Positions 1 to 11,086 are shown, counted from the stretch's first letter. The stretch: 64,000 nt of DNA from Tagaea sp. (GCA_965279525.1 CBDIIB010000005.1:64001-128000), one strand, 5' to 3'. The notes: generated by a model from the letters alone, not told the origin. A program made the numbers and translations.

Positions 1-861
1 CCAGGCGAGACTGTCGGGGGCCGTGACGATCGCGGCGGCGATGCCGTCCTTGCGCAGCTTCGCCGCAAGCTCGGCGCGCTTTTCTTCCGACGACTTGCCG
101 GCGAGTTCGATTGGATGCGGGCGCGCGGGCGAAAGTGCCGGTGCGGGCTGGCCCTTCCACACGGCGTCGATCGGATTGCGCTTTACCGGAACAAGACTTG
201 CCCCCGCGCGCTCGCACGCCAGGCGCAGCCGGTCGACCGAATCGCTCGAATGGAGCCAAGGGTCGTAGCCGATGCGCCCGCCCTTGGGCGCGTTGGCGGC
301 CAGCCAGTCGGACGGCGGCTCCTCGACCAGATGGCGATACTCGAAGACCGTCGCGTCGACCTGCGTGCGGACCTGCAGCGTGTAGCGCCCGTCGACGAAC
401 ATCGCCGCCTTGCCGGCAAGCACGATGCACGCACCGGCCGATCCGGTGAAGCCGGTGAGCCATTCCAGCCGCTCGGCGCGCGGGCTGACATATTCGCCCT
501 GATGCTCGTCGCCGCGCGGCAGCACGAAGCCGGCGAGATCCTGACGCACGAGTTCGATGCGCAACTCGCCGACGCGGCTGCGCTGCCATCTTCCTTCGCC
601 AAGCCCGTCGTCGTGGCCGGCGGCGAGTTCGGCGTGGAGGGCATCGAGCTGGGCTTTGAGCGCATCGGACGGCCGCGCGCAGACAAGTGCGTGCCACGCC
701 CGCACGTCGAGGGCGGGCGGAGTCGAGAGCACGCCCGCGACGATCGCGCGCACGGCGGCGACATCGGCGTTCGCGTCGTTCTTCGCCAGCAGCTTCGCCA
801 GCGCTTCGTCACCCTGATAGGTCATTCGGCACACGGACTTGGAGGGGGAGGAATCGGTCAT
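1..861 (-). CDS. Xaa-Pro aminopeptidase (aminopeptidase P family), 5' part; runs off the left edge
   Basis: Manual minus-strand translation (not in the ORF track): ...DLAGFVLPRGDEHQGEYVSPRAERLEWLTGFTGSAGACIVLAGKAAMFVDGRYTLQ...IGYDPWLH, the typical creatinase-N motif of aminopeptidase P. In-frame ATGs at 861 and 825. Confidence 0.9.
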   Translation of the reverse strand, partial: MTDSSPSKSVCRMTYQGDEALAKLLAKNDANADVAAVRAIVAGVLSTPPALDVRAWHALVCARPSDALKAQLDALHAELAAGHDDGLGEGRWQRSRVGELRIELVRQDLAGFVLPRGDEHQGEYVSPRAERLEWLTGFTGSAGACIVLAGKAAMFVDGRYTLQVRTQVDATVFEYRHLVEEPPSDWLAANAPKGGRIGYDPWLHSSDSVDRLRLACERAGASLVPVKRNPIDAVWKGQPAPALSPARPHPIELAGKSSEEKRAELAAKLRKDGIAAAIVTAPDSLAW

Positions 862-931
862 TCGCGCGGCAGGATATCGGCACGCCGGATCGGCCGAGCC
901 CTGCAAAATTTGGCGAAAATGTGCCGGTAAC

Positions 932-961
932 ATGCGTTTTATGCATTGCTGCGGCGCAGTA
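932..961. promoter_or_regulatory. Adjacent palindromic operator-like sites upstream of the DUF1127 gene
   Basis: ATGC-N7-GCAT at 932-946 (LysR T-N11-A type) directly followed by TGCTGCG-G-CGCAGTA at 947-961 (contains CTGC-N3-GCAG, PhaR-like). Confidence 0.4.
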
Positions 962-1073
962 TTAACCCATTTCCTGCGGGGCTGGCGGGCCTAAGTTGAT
1001 CTCGTTCGTTCGTGCACGATCAAACGACCCGATTGGCGGGTCCCCGCGCCGAACGCAGATGGAGAAGTGAATT

Positions 1074-1439
1074 ATGTCCGCCACCCAGCTTTCGCCCACC
1101 CTTTACGGCCGCGTGTCGGCCACTCAGGTGGAGACGGCCCTGGAAGCGCGGCGCGTGCGTACCCAGGCGCTCGCCGCCCTTGCTGCCGACGGTCTCGGCG
1201 CGATCGGGTCCGGCCTCAAGGCGCTGTTCGGTCGCATCAAGACGTGGAGCGAGCGCCGCAGCACCTACGCCGAGCTCGAAGGTCTCGACGACCGCATCCT
1301 GGCCGACATCGGCCTGTCGCGCGGCGAGATCGCCCAGGTCGCCGAAGGCCACTATGTCCGCGACCAGGACGGCTACACGTTCGCCGCCAAGCCGGCCCCG
1401 GCCGCCAACGCGGCAGCGTTCGAAGCAAAGGCCGCCTGA
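1074..1439 (+). CDS. DUF1127 (YjiS-like) domain protein
   Basis: WSERRSTYAELEGLDDRILADIGLSRGEI matches the DUF1127 pattern; GGAG upstream of the ATG. Confidence 0.9.
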   Translation: MSATQLSPTLYGRVSATQVETALEARRVRTQALAALAADGLGAIGSGLKALFGRIKTWSERRSTYAELEGLDDRILADIGLSRGEIAQVAEGHYVRDQDGYTFAAKPAPAANAAAFEAKAA

Positions 1440-1468
1440 ACAAGGCGTTCCTTCGCAGGACGGAAATG

Positions 1469-1501
1469 ACGGCGGCCTTGCGAAAGCAGGGCCGCCGTTT
1501 T
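1469..1501 (+). terminator. Intrinsic terminator
   Basis: ACGGCGGCCTTGC-GAAA-GCAGGGCCGCCGT stem-loop followed by a short T run, between convergent genes. Confidence 0.8.
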
Positions 1502-1506
1502 CGATT

Positions 1507-2019
1507 CTAGAGCATCTCCCCGGTCCGCAGCCGGTAGACCGCGACGCTGAGCAGCATCGCGACGGGCCGGTCCTCGCCGGCAAGCGGCAGTGTCAGACGT
1601 TCGGCTTCGGCGATGTCGTGGAGCGGCAGCGCGTGGGGCGGAGGCGCCAGGTTCCACGTGGGGATGCCTTGGCGTGCGGTGAGGGCGAGCGAGCGTCCGA
1701 ATGCGGTCTCGTTGAGGCCCGGCACTTCCTCGTCGAGATAGCCGCCGGTCTGGTCGTTGTTGCGCGCGCGCGTCACGGCCGTGCCGACGACGCGATAGCG
1801 GTAGCGCCCGGTGCCCGGCTCGATATCGGCAAGCCAGATGTTGGGAAGCAGCTTGGGGATGTCGATCGGATCGATGTCGGAACGCCGCGGCACGCGCCCG
1901 CTATTGACGCGCACGCCGCACCAGTAATCCCAGAGTGCTGCGATCTTCCAGTGGCGGGTCGGCGGAAACGGGGCGACGGGCTGTGAATTTGCGTCCAAGG
2001 AAATCTCTCGGCATTCCAT
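1507..2019 (-). CDS. PAS_5 (DUF1457)-type PAS domain protein
   Basis: LWDYW...VPRRSDIDPIDIPKLLPNIWL...RYRYRVVGT...ERLTLPL. Confidence 0.8.
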   Translation of the reverse strand: MECREISLDANSQPVAPFPPTRHWKIAALWDYWCGVRVNSGRVPRRSDIDPIDIPKLLPNIWLADIEPGTGRYRYRVVGTAVTRARNNDQTGGYLDEEVPGLNETAFGRSLALTARQGIPTWNLAPPPHALPLHDIAEAERLTLPLAGEDRPVAMLLSVAVYRLRTGEML

Positions 2020-2091
2020 TCAAGGAAGCCGAGTCTGTCATCAGAATAATTAATTTAAGGTTAGACCTATCAAGTTGAATTTTCCGCGCAA

Positions 2092-3006
2092 TCAGGCGGC
2101 AGCGACCGCATTTTTTTCAGCGGCGGCCGCAAGACTTTCGATGCGGTCGAGCAGCGGCACGAAATGGTCGAGCTCGGCCTCCGCCTCGGCATTCGCCGCG
2201 CGAAGTTCCGCCAACGTGACCGTGCTTTCGGCAAGTGCCCGCTCCTTGTCGACGGCGTGCGCCGCGGCCGCCTCGAAGCGCGACTGCGCCTCGGCGATCT
2301 GCGCCTCGGCGGCTTCGGCGCGCGTCTGCACTTCGGCAAGCTTCGCCGCCAGCGATGCCGCCTCGGCCTTCAAGGCCGCGTGCTCGGCCTCGATCTTCGA
2401 AAGGTTGCCTTGCGTCTCGCCGGCGCGCGCCTGCGCGTCGATGGCGCGGCTGTCGGCATCGTCGGCACGGCCCTGCGCGTCCGCCAGTTCCGCTTCGAGT
2501 GCCGACAGGCGTGCCGCCTGCGCGCCGGCCTCGGTCTGCGCACGCGCGAGCTTCGCCTCGTAGTCGCCAAGTCGCTTGCCCATGTCCTCGGCCTTGGCGA
2601 TCCAGCTCTGCGTGGCGGCCTCCGCGCGCGCGCGCGAATCCTCGGCCGCCTTGGTCTCGTGGCGCGCGGTCTCGGCCGCCTCGCGTTCGCGCGCGAGCAG
2701 CGCTTCGGCGGTGGCGAGTGCCGCCTTCGCCGCCTCGTTCGCCTGCACGAGTTCGGGATCGATCACCACGCGCGGCGGCGCGTTGCGCAGTTCCTCGATC
2801 TCGTCGTAGGCACCGGCAAGTTCGTCGCCGAGATTGAGTGCCGCCAGCAGCATCAGGCGCGCGTCGCCCGCCTGGCCCACCTGGCCGGCGATCTCGCGCA
2901 CCTTCTCGTCGACATAGCTGCCGATGCCGCGCACGCGTTCTTCGCGCCCGTCGTCGCACACGATGGGATAGTCGCGGCCGTTCACGCGGATGGAGATCTG
3001 GCTCAT
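2092..3006 (-). CDS. zapA: Cell division protein ZapA with a long C-terminal coiled coil
   Basis: N-terminus ISIRVNGRDYPIVCDDGREERV...DARLMLLAALNLGDEL is ZapA; then about 200 aa of Ala/Glu-rich heptads. Confidence 0.85.
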   Translation of the reverse strand: MSQISIRVNGRDYPIVCDDGREERVRGIGSYVDEKVREIAGQVGQAGDARLMLLAALNLGDELAGAYDEIEELRNAPPRVVIDPELVQANEAAKAALATAEALLAREREAAETARHETKAAEDSRARAEAATQSWIAKAEDMGKRLGDYEAKLARAQTEAGAQAARLSALEAELADAQGRADDADSRAIDAQARAGETQGNLSKIEAEHAALKAEAASLAAKLAEVQTRAEAAEAQIAEAQSRFEAAAAHAVDKERALAESTVTLAELRAANAEAEAELDHFVPLLDRIESLAAAAEKNAVAAA

Positions 3007-3024
3007 CGGCTTTTGCTCCCGGGG

Positions 3025-3249
3025 CTAGACGCTGCCGGCCTTCAGTTTCTCGATCGCCTTGTCGAGCCGCGATTCGACCTGGTCGGCGAGGCCCGACAGG
3101 GCCGCGTAGTCGGCCTTGAGCTTCGCCAGCTCCGCTTCGGCGGCTTCGGCGCGGCCGCGCAGCCCCGACTCGGATTTGATGCGCGCCTCGAGGGCGGCTT
3201 CGAGACGCTGGACGGCGGCATTCAGGCGATCGAGGGACGGCGACGACAT
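3025..3249 (-). CDS. Small coiled-coil protein upstream of zapA (DUF4164/ZauP-like)
   Basis: MSSPSLDRLNAAVQRLEAALE...VESRLDKAIEKLK (74 aa); usual position between tkt and zapA. Confidence 0.75.
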   Translation of the reverse strand: MSSPSLDRLNAAVQRLEAALEARIKSESGLRGRAEAAEAELAKLKADYAALSGLADQVESRLDKAIEKLKAGSV

Positions 3250-3428
3250 GGGCGTTGTGAACTTTCCGAAAAACCAAGTTGCATTGCGATTGCGGCACCT
3301 TAAGGGCGGGATTCGAGTCGCGACAACGTCCTTGTCGTACCCCCGCCCCGAGCGGGGTTGACGGGGCACCCCCCGGGCGGCATGTTCCGCGCGTTTTCGG
3401 GTCTCCAACACCGTTAGAAGTGAGCCGG

Positions 3429-5465
3429 ATGAGCGCCGCACCCCAGACCGTCCCGACGAGTGCCCCCCTTCCCCTGAGCGACAGGCAGACCCCGGCGCAC
3501 ATGCGCCTGGCCAACGCCATCCGCGCGCTGTCGATGGATGCGGTCGAGAAGGCGAAATCGGGCCATCCGGGCATGCCGATGGGCATGGCGGACGTGGCGA
3601 CGGTGCTGTGGGGCAAGCACCTGAAGTTCGATCCCACGGCCCCCGACTGGGCCGACCGCGACCGCTTCGTGCTGTCGGCCGGCCACGGCTCGATGCTGCT
3701 CTATTCGCTGCTGCATCTGACCGGCTATGCCGACATGACGATGGGCGAGATCGAGCGCTTCCGCCAGCTGGGTGCCAAGACCGCCGGCCATCCCGAGTTC
3801 GGCCATGCGTCGGGCATCGAGACGACGACCGGCCCGCTCGGCCAGGGGCTGGGCAATGCCGTGGGCATGGCGCTGGCCGAACGCATGATGGCGGCCCGCT
3901 ACGGCGACGCCGTCGTCGACCATTACACCTATGTAATCGCCGGCGACGGCTGCCTGATGGAAGGCATCAGCCACGAGGCGATCTCGCTGGCGGGCCATCT
4001 GCGCCTCGCGAAGCTGATCGTGCTGTTCGACGACAATTCGATCTCGATCGACGGGCCGACCGACCTTGCCGTCTCCGACGACCAGGTCGCGCGCTTCAAG
4101 GCGTGCGGCTGGAACGCGGTGGCGATCGACGGCCACGACCCGGCCGCGATCGACGCGGCAATCACGGCCGCCAAGACGAGCGACCGGCCCACGATGATCG
4201 CCTGCAAGACGACCATCGGCTACGGCGCACCGACGAAGGCGGGTACGGCCGGCAGCCACGGCGCCCCGCTGGGTGCGGCCGAGATCGAGACCGCGCGCAA
4301 GCGCCTGGGCTGGACGGCCGCCCCCTTCCAGATCCCGGCCGACATCCTGACCGAATGGCGCGGCTTCGGTGCGGCCGGTGCCGCCAAGCGCGCATCGTGG
4401 GAACGGCGCGTGGCCAAGCTCGAACCGGCCCAGCGCGCCGAATTCCGCCGCGTGCTCGACGGCAAGCTGCCCAAGGGCTGGATCGAGGCGTGTGCGGCCT
4501 ACAAGGACAAGCTCGCCGCCGACAAGCCCAACATCGCCACGCGCGTCTCTTCGCAGAACGCGCTCGACGTGCTGACCGCCCTGGTTCCCGAGCTCGCCGG
4601 CGGCTCGGCCGATCTCACGGGCTCGAACAACACCAAGGCGAAGGCGCAGGGCATCGTGAAGCCCGGCAGCTTCGCGGGCAGCTACATCCACTATGGCGTG
4701 CGCGAGCACGGCATGGCCGCCGCGATGAACGGCATGGCGCTGCATGGCGGGCTCATCCCCTATGGCGGCACGTTCTTCGTGTTCACCGACTATTGCCGCC
4801 CGTCGATCCGCCTGTCGGCCCTGATGGGCCAGCGCGTGGTCTACGTGATGACGCACGATTCCATCGGCCTTGGCGAAGACGGCCCGACGCACCAGCCGGT
4901 CGAGCATCTGGCCGCGATGCGTTCGATGCCCAACGTGTGGACGATCCGCCCGGCCGACGCGATCGAAGCGCTCGAAGCCTGGCAGATCGCCATCGCGCGC
5001 GCCGACGGCCCGAGCGTGCTTTGCCTCACGCGCCAGAACCTGCCCACGCTGCGCGGGGCCCCCACCACCGAGAACCTTTCGGCAAAGGGCGGTTACGTGC
5101 TCGCCGAAGCCGATGGCGAACGCCAGGCCACGCTGGTCGCGACCGGGTCGGAAGTGATGCTGGCGATGGAAGCGCGCAAGCTGCTTGCCGCCGAAGGCAT
5201 CAAGGCCGCCGTCGTGTCGATGCCCTGCACGCAGGCGTTCGACCGGCAGACGGCCAAGTACCGCAAGGAAGTGCTGGGCCCGTCGCGCTGCCCGCGCATC
5301 GTGTGCGAGGCCGGCCTCGAATTCGGCTGGGAACGCTACATCGACGGCAAGGGCGCTTTTGTCGGCATGACCGGCTTCGGCGCCTCGGCCCCCGCCCCCG
5401 ATCTCTACAAGCATTTCGGCATCACCGCCGAGGCGATCGCGGCGGCGGCCAAGAAGCTCGTCTGA
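3429..5465 (+). CDS. tkt: Transketolase
   Basis: [31 protein letters not shown] ThDP motif, [16 protein letters not shown]. Confidence 0.98.
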   Translation: MSAAPQTVPTSAPLPLSDRQTPAHMRLANAIRALSMDAVEKAKSGHPGMPMGMADVATVLWGKHLKFDPTAPDWADRDRFVLSAGHGSMLLYSLLHLTGYADMTMGEIERFRQLGAKTAGHPEFGHASGIETTTGPLGQGLGNAVGMALAERMMAARYGDAVVDHYTYVIAGDGCLMEGISHEAISLAGHLRLAKLIVLFDDNSISIDGPTDLAVSDDQVARFKACGWNAVAIDGHDPAAIDAAITAAKTSDRPTMIACKTTIGYGAPTKAGTAGSHGAPLGAAEIETARKRLGWTAAPFQIPADILTEWRGFGAAGAAKRASWERRVAKLEPAQRAEFRRVLDGKLPKGWIEACAAYKDKLAADKPNIATRVSSQNALDVLTALVPELAGGSADLTGSNNTKAKAQGIVKPGSFAGSYIHYGVREHGMAAAMNGMALHGGLIPYGGTFFVFTDYCRPSIRLSALMGQRVVYVMTHDSIGLGEDGPTHQPVEHLAAMRSMPNVWTIRPADAIEALEAWQIAIARADGPSVLCLTRQNLPTLRGAPTTENLSAKGGYVLAEADGERQATLVATGSEVMLAMEARKLLAAEGIKAAVVSMPCTQAFDRQTAKYRKEVLGPSRCPRIVCEAGLEFGWERYIDGKGAFVGMTGFGASAPAPDLYKHFGITAEAIAAAAKKLV

Positions 5466-5467
5466 CG

Positions 5468-6136
5468 ATGCGCGACACGCTGCTCTTCGATCTCGACGGC
5501 ACGTTGACCGATACCGACGCGCTGCATTTCGAAGCGTATGTGCGCCTGCTCGCCCCCTATGGCAAGGCGGTCACGCACGACACGTACAAGTCGCGCATCA
5601 TGGGGGCGACGAACGACAGCATCATGGGCTGGCTGTTCCCCGATGCCGACGCCGCCGGGCGCAGCGAGCTTGCCGCGCGCAAGGAAGCGCTGTTCCGCAG
5701 CCTTGCCGACAAGATGGAACGCACCGAAGGCCTGACCGCCCTGCTCGACTGGGCCGCCGGACGCGGGCTCAAGACCGCCGTCGTCACCAACGCGCCGCGC
5801 GACAACGCCGAGATGATGCTGTCGCGCCTCGGCCTCGACACGCGCTTCGACACGCTGGTGATCGGCGACGAGCTGGCGCGCGGCAAGCCCGACCCGCTGC
5901 CCTATACGACGGCACTCGAGCGGCTTGGCGCATCCGCCGGTTCGGCGATCGCGTTCGAGGATTCGCGCTCCGGTATCGCCGCCGCCCACGCCGCGGGCAT
6001 CGATACGGTCGGCCTCACGACCGGGCTCGACGCTGCCGCTCTCGAAGCGGCCGGTGCCGTGGGGTCCGTCCCGCATTTCGCGCATCCCTGGCTCATCGCG
6101 CGGCTCGAAGCCGATTTCGGTTCGGCGCCGGGTTAG
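5468..6136 (+). CDS. HAD-superfamily phosphatase
   Basis: LLFDLDGTLTDTD motif I, VVTN motif II, GKPDP and FEDS motifs III/IV; ATG 2 nt after the tkt stop. Confidence 0.9.
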   Translation: MRDTLLFDLDGTLTDTDALHFEAYVRLLAPYGKAVTHDTYKSRIMGATNDSIMGWLFPDADAAGRSELAARKEALFRSLADKMERTEGLTALLDWAAGRGLKTAVVTNAPRDNAEMMLSRLGLDTRFDTLVIGDELARGKPDPLPYTTALERLGASAGSAIAFEDSRSGIAAAHAAGIDTVGLTTGLDAAALEAAGAVGSVPHFAHPWLIARLEADFGSAPG

Positions 6137-6166
6137 AATAGAAGTAGCCTTCAAGGAGAGAGCATC

Positions 6167-7174
<1,008 letters not shown>

Positions 7175-7175
7175 C

Positions 7176-7763
7176 ATGCAAGGGCGGCGCGAATTCCTCG
7201 CCGTCGCGGGCACGCTCGGGGCCGGCCTCGTCGCCGGCCCCGGAGCCGCCCAGTCGCGCCTTTCGCCCACGCCCGCCGACGTCGAGGGGCCGTTCTATCC
7301 GACCCGCCTGCCGGCCGATGCCGACGGGGATCTCGTCAGGCTCGCCGGCGCCGCCCGCGAGGCGGAGGGACGCCGCCTGCATATCCGCGGTGTGGTGCGC
7401 GCGACCGACGGCGCGCCGCTTGCCGGCGCCACGGTCGAGATCTGGCAGACCGACGCGCGCGGCAACTACATCCATCCGCAAGGTGCGATCGCCGGCCCGC
7501 GCGACGAGGCGTTCCAGGGCTATGGCCGTGCGGTCGCGGACGCGGCCGGGGCCTATTCGTTCCGCACGATCCTGCCGGTCGCCTATCGCGGCCGCCCGCC
7601 GCACGTGCATTTCCGCGTCACCGCCGCCGGGCGGCGCGTCTTGACGACACAGCTGTATTTCGTGCCGGGCACGGCACGAAGAGAGCTCACGGTGCCGCCG
7701 GTGGCCCTTGCCGGTGCCGAACCCGAAGCGCTGCTGTCGGCCTTCGACATCGTTCTGGCCTAG
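7176..7763 (+). CDS. Tat-exported intradiol ring-cleavage dioxygenase-like protein (protocatechuate 3,4-dioxygenase beta-like)
   Basis: GRREFL Tat motif; EGPFYP, VEIWQTDARGNY, FRTILPVAY, RPPHVHF (Tyr/Tyr/His/His iron ligands). Confidence 0.85.
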   Translation: MQGRREFLAVAGTLGAGLVAGPGAAQSRLSPTPADVEGPFYPTRLPADADGDLVRLAGAAREAEGRRLHIRGVVRATDGAPLAGATVEIWQTDARGNYIHPQGAIAGPRDEAFQGYGRAVADAAGAYSFRTILPVAYRGRPPHVHFRVTAAGRRVLTTQLYFVPGTARRELTVPPVALAGAEPEALLSAFDIVLA

Positions 7764-7792
7764 CCGGAGCCGAGCGGCTAGTTTCCCGCCGC

Positions 7793-8116
7793 ATGGACAC
7801 AATGCGCATCCGCGGTCTTGAAGACGGTCGCGCGGCCCTCGCCGCGGCGAAGGTGCTTGGGGCCCGTGTGACGCTTGCCAGCATTCCCGACGGGGCGCTG
7901 TCGGCCGGGCCGCAATGGTTCGCGAGCCTGTCGACCACGCTTTCAGCCGAGTTTCCCGAAACGCTGGCCGAACTCGTCCTCGATTGCGGCGACAGCCCGG
8001 GGGCGGCCCTCGGCGCGTTGCGCAGCGGGATCGGCGCCATTTCCTACGACGGTCCGGACCGGGCGCGCATGGAAGCGCTGGCGGCATCGCTGGGGGCGAG
8101 GCTCGTCGATGTCTGA
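7793..8116 (+). CDS. Hypothetical protein overlapping the epmA start
   Basis: Coding-like ORF with VLDCGDSPGAALGALRSG; its stop overlaps the epmA 5' end. Confidence 0.65.
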   Translation: MDTMRIRGLEDGRAALAAAKVLGARVTLASIPDGALSAGPQWFASLSTTLSAEFPETLAELVLDCGDSPGAALGALRSGIGAISYDGPDRARMEALAASLGARLVDV

Positions 8117-9218
8117 GCCCGTCGCAAAGCTCGGCCCCGCCCCGTGGTGGCGGCCCGACCGCTTCGCCATGCGGCGCGAGAACCTCGCCAAGCGCCAGCT
8201 GGTGCTGCGCGCCACGCGCGCGTTCTTCGAGGGCGAAGGCTTCGACGAGGTCGAGACGCCCGCCCTGCAGGTGTCGCCCGGCCTGGAGCCGCACCTGATG
8301 GCGTTCCAGACCGTGCTGCGCGATCCGGGCGAGCGGCTGACGCGCCGGCTCTATCTGCACACCAGCCCCGAATTCGCGATGAAGAAGCTGCTCGCGGCGG
8401 GCATGACGAAGATCTGGCAGCTCGCGCGCTGCTATCGCAACGCCGAACGCTCGGCCACGCACCATCCCGAATTCGCGATGCTCGAATGGTACCGCGCCGA
8501 CGCGGACTACACGGCGCTGATGGACGATTGCGAAGGCCTGCTGCGCGCGGCAGCCCGCGCCGTCGGCATCGAGCGGTTCGAGCGCGGCACCAACGTGTCG
8601 AATCCGTTCGGGCCGTTCGAGCGGCTGACCGTGGCCGAGGCCTTCGCGCGCTATTGCGGGCTCGACCTGCTGGCGGCCGCACCCGATCCGGCAAAGCCGG
8701 GCGACGACGTGGCCGCCCTCGACCGGCTCGCGGCGGCCGCACGCCCGCTCAACCTGGTCCCGCATGCCGGCGACCGCTGGGACGATTTCTTCTTCCGGCT
8801 GTTCTTCGAGCATGTCGAGCCGCGACTGGGCATGGTGCGCCCGACGATCCTCCACGAATGGCCCATCACGATGGCCGCACTCGCGCGCGCCAAGCCCGGC
8901 GAGCCGCGCGTGGCCGAGCGTTTCGAGCTTTACGTGTGTGGCGTGGAGCTCGCCAACGCGTTCGGCGAGCTGACGGACGCGAGCGAGCAGCGCCGCCGCT
9001 TCGAGGCCGACCAGGCGCTGAAGGCCAAGCTCTATCGCGAGCGCTATCCGATCGACGAGGATTTCCTTGCCGCACTGGCGCACGGCCTGCCGCCATCGGC
9101 GGGCATCGCGTTGGGCTTCGACCGGCTGGTGATGCTGGCGACGGGGGCGAGCCACATCGAGGACACGATCTGGGCGCCGGTGGCGCTTGCCGGCTTCGAC
9201 GATCCGGGGGCGCGCTGA
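8109..9218 (+). CDS. epmA: EF-P lysine aminoacylase EpmA (GenX/PoxA)
   Basis: EVETPAL...LHTSPEFAMKKLL, HHPEFAMLEWYR, ERFELY, ELANAFGEL, GIALGFDRL; LysRS catalytic domain only. Confidence 0.95.
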   Translation: MSEPVAKLGPAPWWRPDRFAMRRENLAKRQLVLRATRAFFEGEGFDEVETPALQVSPGLEPHLMAFQTVLRDPGERLTRRLYLHTSPEFAMKKLLAAGMTKIWQLARCYRNAERSATHHPEFAMLEWYRADADYTALMDDCEGLLRAAARAVGIERFERGTNVSNPFGPFERLTVAEAFARYCGLDLLAAAPDPAKPGDDVAALDRLAAAARPLNLVPHAGDRWDDFFFRLFFEHVEPRLGMVRPTILHEWPITMAALARAKPGEPRVAERFELYVCGVELANAFGELTDASEQRRRFEADQALKAKLYRERYPIDEDFLAALAHGLPPSAGIALGFDRLVMLATGASHIEDTIWAPVALAGFDDPGAR

Positions 9219-10249
9219 TGGACGGCAGCCAGCGCCGCACGCTTCGCACGGCCGCCGACCTCGCGCGCGAGGGGCTGGCGGACGCTGCCGCAATCGAGGC
9301 CGTCGCCAAGCGCTACGCGATCGGCATCACGCCGCACGTGCTCGACCTCATTGACCGCGCCGATCCGGCCGATTCGGTGGCCGCCCAATACGTGCCGAGC
9401 GAAGCGGAGCTGGAAACGACGCCGGACGAACGCGCCGACCCCATCGGCGACGACGCGCACAGCCCGGTCAAGGGCATCGTCCACCGCTACAGGGACCGGG
9501 CCCTGCTGAAGCCCACGCATGCCTGTGCCGTCTATTGCCGCTTCTGCTTCCGGCGCGAGATGGTCGGCCCTGGCGGGACGGCGCTCGACGCCGATGAGCT
9601 TGCGCAGGCCGTGGCACACATCCGTGCCACGCCCGCGATCCGCGAAGTGATCCTGACCGGCGGTGATCCGCTGGTGCTGAGCGCGCGCCGCCTCGCAGCC
9701 CTGCTGGCCGAGCTTGCCGCCATCGATCATGTCGACTGGATCCGCATCCACAGCCGCATCCCCGTCGCGGATCCCGCCCGCATCACCGACGAACTTGTCG
9801 CGGCACTCAAGACGACCAAGGCCGTGTGGCTCGCGGTCCATGTCAACCACGCCAACGAGCTTTCGCCCGAAGCGATCGCGGCGTGCGCGAAGCTCGTCGA
9901 TGCCGGCATTCCGCTGATCGGCCAGACCGTGCTGCTGAAGGGTGTCAACGACGACGCCGACACGCTCGACACGCTGTTCCGCGCGCTCGTGAAGAACCGC
10001 ATCAAGCCCTACTACCTGCATCACGGCGATCTCGCCCCCGGCACATCGCATTTCCGCACGACACTCGAGCACGGCCAGGGCCTGATGCGCGAGCTGCGCG
10101 CGCGTCTTTCCGGTCTCGCACAGCCGGTCTACGTGCTCGACATTCCGGGCGGTGCCGGCAAGGTACCGGTCGGGCCGTCCTACATTTCAGATGACGGCAC
10201 GGTCGCGGATCCGAACGGCGGCAGGCATGTTTATCCGCCGTCGCAATAA
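9218..10249 (+). CDS. epmB: Lysine 2,3-aminomutase-like radical SAM protein (EpmB/KamA family)
   Basis: HRYRDRALL...CAVYCRFCFRR, EVILTGGDPL, PYYLHHGD; TGATG coupling to epmA. Confidence 0.92.
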   Translation: MDGSQRRTLRTAADLAREGLADAAAIEAVAKRYAIGITPHVLDLIDRADPADSVAAQYVPSEAELETTPDERADPIGDDAHSPVKGIVHRYRDRALLKPTHACAVYCRFCFRREMVGPGGTALDADELAQAVAHIRATPAIREVILTGGDPLVLSARRLAALLAELAAIDHVDWIRIHSRIPVADPARITDELVAALKTTKAVWLAVHVNHANELSPEAIAACAKLVDAGIPLIGQTVLLKGVNDDADTLDTLFRALVKNRIKPYYLHHGDLAPGTSHFRTTLEHGQGLMRELRARLSGLAQPVYVLDIPGGAGKVPVGPSYISDDGTVADPNGGRHVYPPSQ

Positions 10250-10334
10250 CATTTACTGAATACAATCATAGGGCGTTGACGAATCGGTAACCAAAAGTGC
10301 ATTCCCCGTTGCGTACCGAACGGGGGAACGTCCG

Positions 10335-11066
10335 ATTCATTTCGCCGGCAAACCGAGGCTCCAGGCACCCGCCGCGGCGACCGCGCGCGGCTGGTTCGAC
10401 TTCGAAGGTGCTGTCGGCAGCGGCCATTCGAATTCGCGCCAGGACGCCATCCGTCTCGAAGGCATCCTTGCCAACAGCGGCGATCTCGACCTCGTCGCGT
10501 CGGACGGGCCGACCGGCCATTGGGGCGCTGCCCTCGACCGGGCGATCCGCCGCTACCAGCACCGCCACCGCCTGCATGTCGACGGCATCCTGCGGCCGGG
10601 CGGTCAGACGCTGGCGCTGATGTACGCGACGATGGCGCGCGCACTCGACGGCCTTTCCGTGCCGACGCCCGAGGAGATCGACCGCCACCACGCGTCGATG
10701 GCGGCGGGAACGGGCCCGCGCATCGCCATCGTGCCGCAGGTCAAGCTGCTGGCGATCCAGGACCTGCCCGACGTGTCCGACGCCGACCGTGCGGCGAACG
10801 CAGCCCAGATCGACTGGATGCTGCACAACTGGACCGGCCTTGGCGGCGTTCCGTCGCATCTGGCGTTCTACGTGGTCAGCCGCGGGCGCGCGGGCGTGGC
10901 GCAGGTGCGCGATTTCATCAAGCAGTACGCCGCCGTCCGCCCGCACGCGACCGACATCCTCGTCTTCGCGATCCTGCGCGCCCTGCCTGACAACGCGGCC
11001 CGCGTGCGCTTCGTCGGCGGCGCCCCCGGCGGCTTCCGCCCGGCGGGCACGCGGCTGGTGCGGTAG
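10335..11066 (+). CDS. Putative peptidoglycan-binding-domain protein, probable non-canonical ATT start
   Basis: The frame of the 10620 ORF is open from TAG 10269-10271 and encodes VGSGHSNSRQDAIRLEGILANSG...PTGHWGAALDRAIRRYQHRHRLHVDGILRPGGQT (PG_binding_1-like). No in-frame ATG/GTG/TTG before 10620; ATT at 10335 lies 7 nt after GGGGGA. Confidence 0.65.
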   Translation: MHFAGKPRLQAPAAATARGWFDFEGAVGSGHSNSRQDAIRLEGILANSGDLDLVASDGPTGHWGAALDRAIRRYQHRHRLHVDGILRPGGQTLALMYATMARALDGLSVPTPEEIDRHHASMAAGTGPRIAIVPQVKLLAIQDLPDVSDADRAANAAQIDWMLHNWTGLGGVPSHLAFYVVSRGRAGVAQVRDFIKQYAAVRPHATDILVFAILRALPDNAARVRFVGGAPGGFRPAGTRLVR

Positions 11067-11086
11067 GCGTCTGGCGTAAATCTTCT

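Noticed and set aside
2020-2091. 6S RNA downstream of zapA
   Set aside because: The spacer is about 70 bp, too short, and lacks the long stem.
3608-6136. 842-aa ORF and similar long upstream extensions (8144-10249, 19432-22395, 33977-35677, 38760-40997, 51972-53678)
   Set aside because: Off-frame runs through neighbouring genes that end in a real CDS; not fusions.
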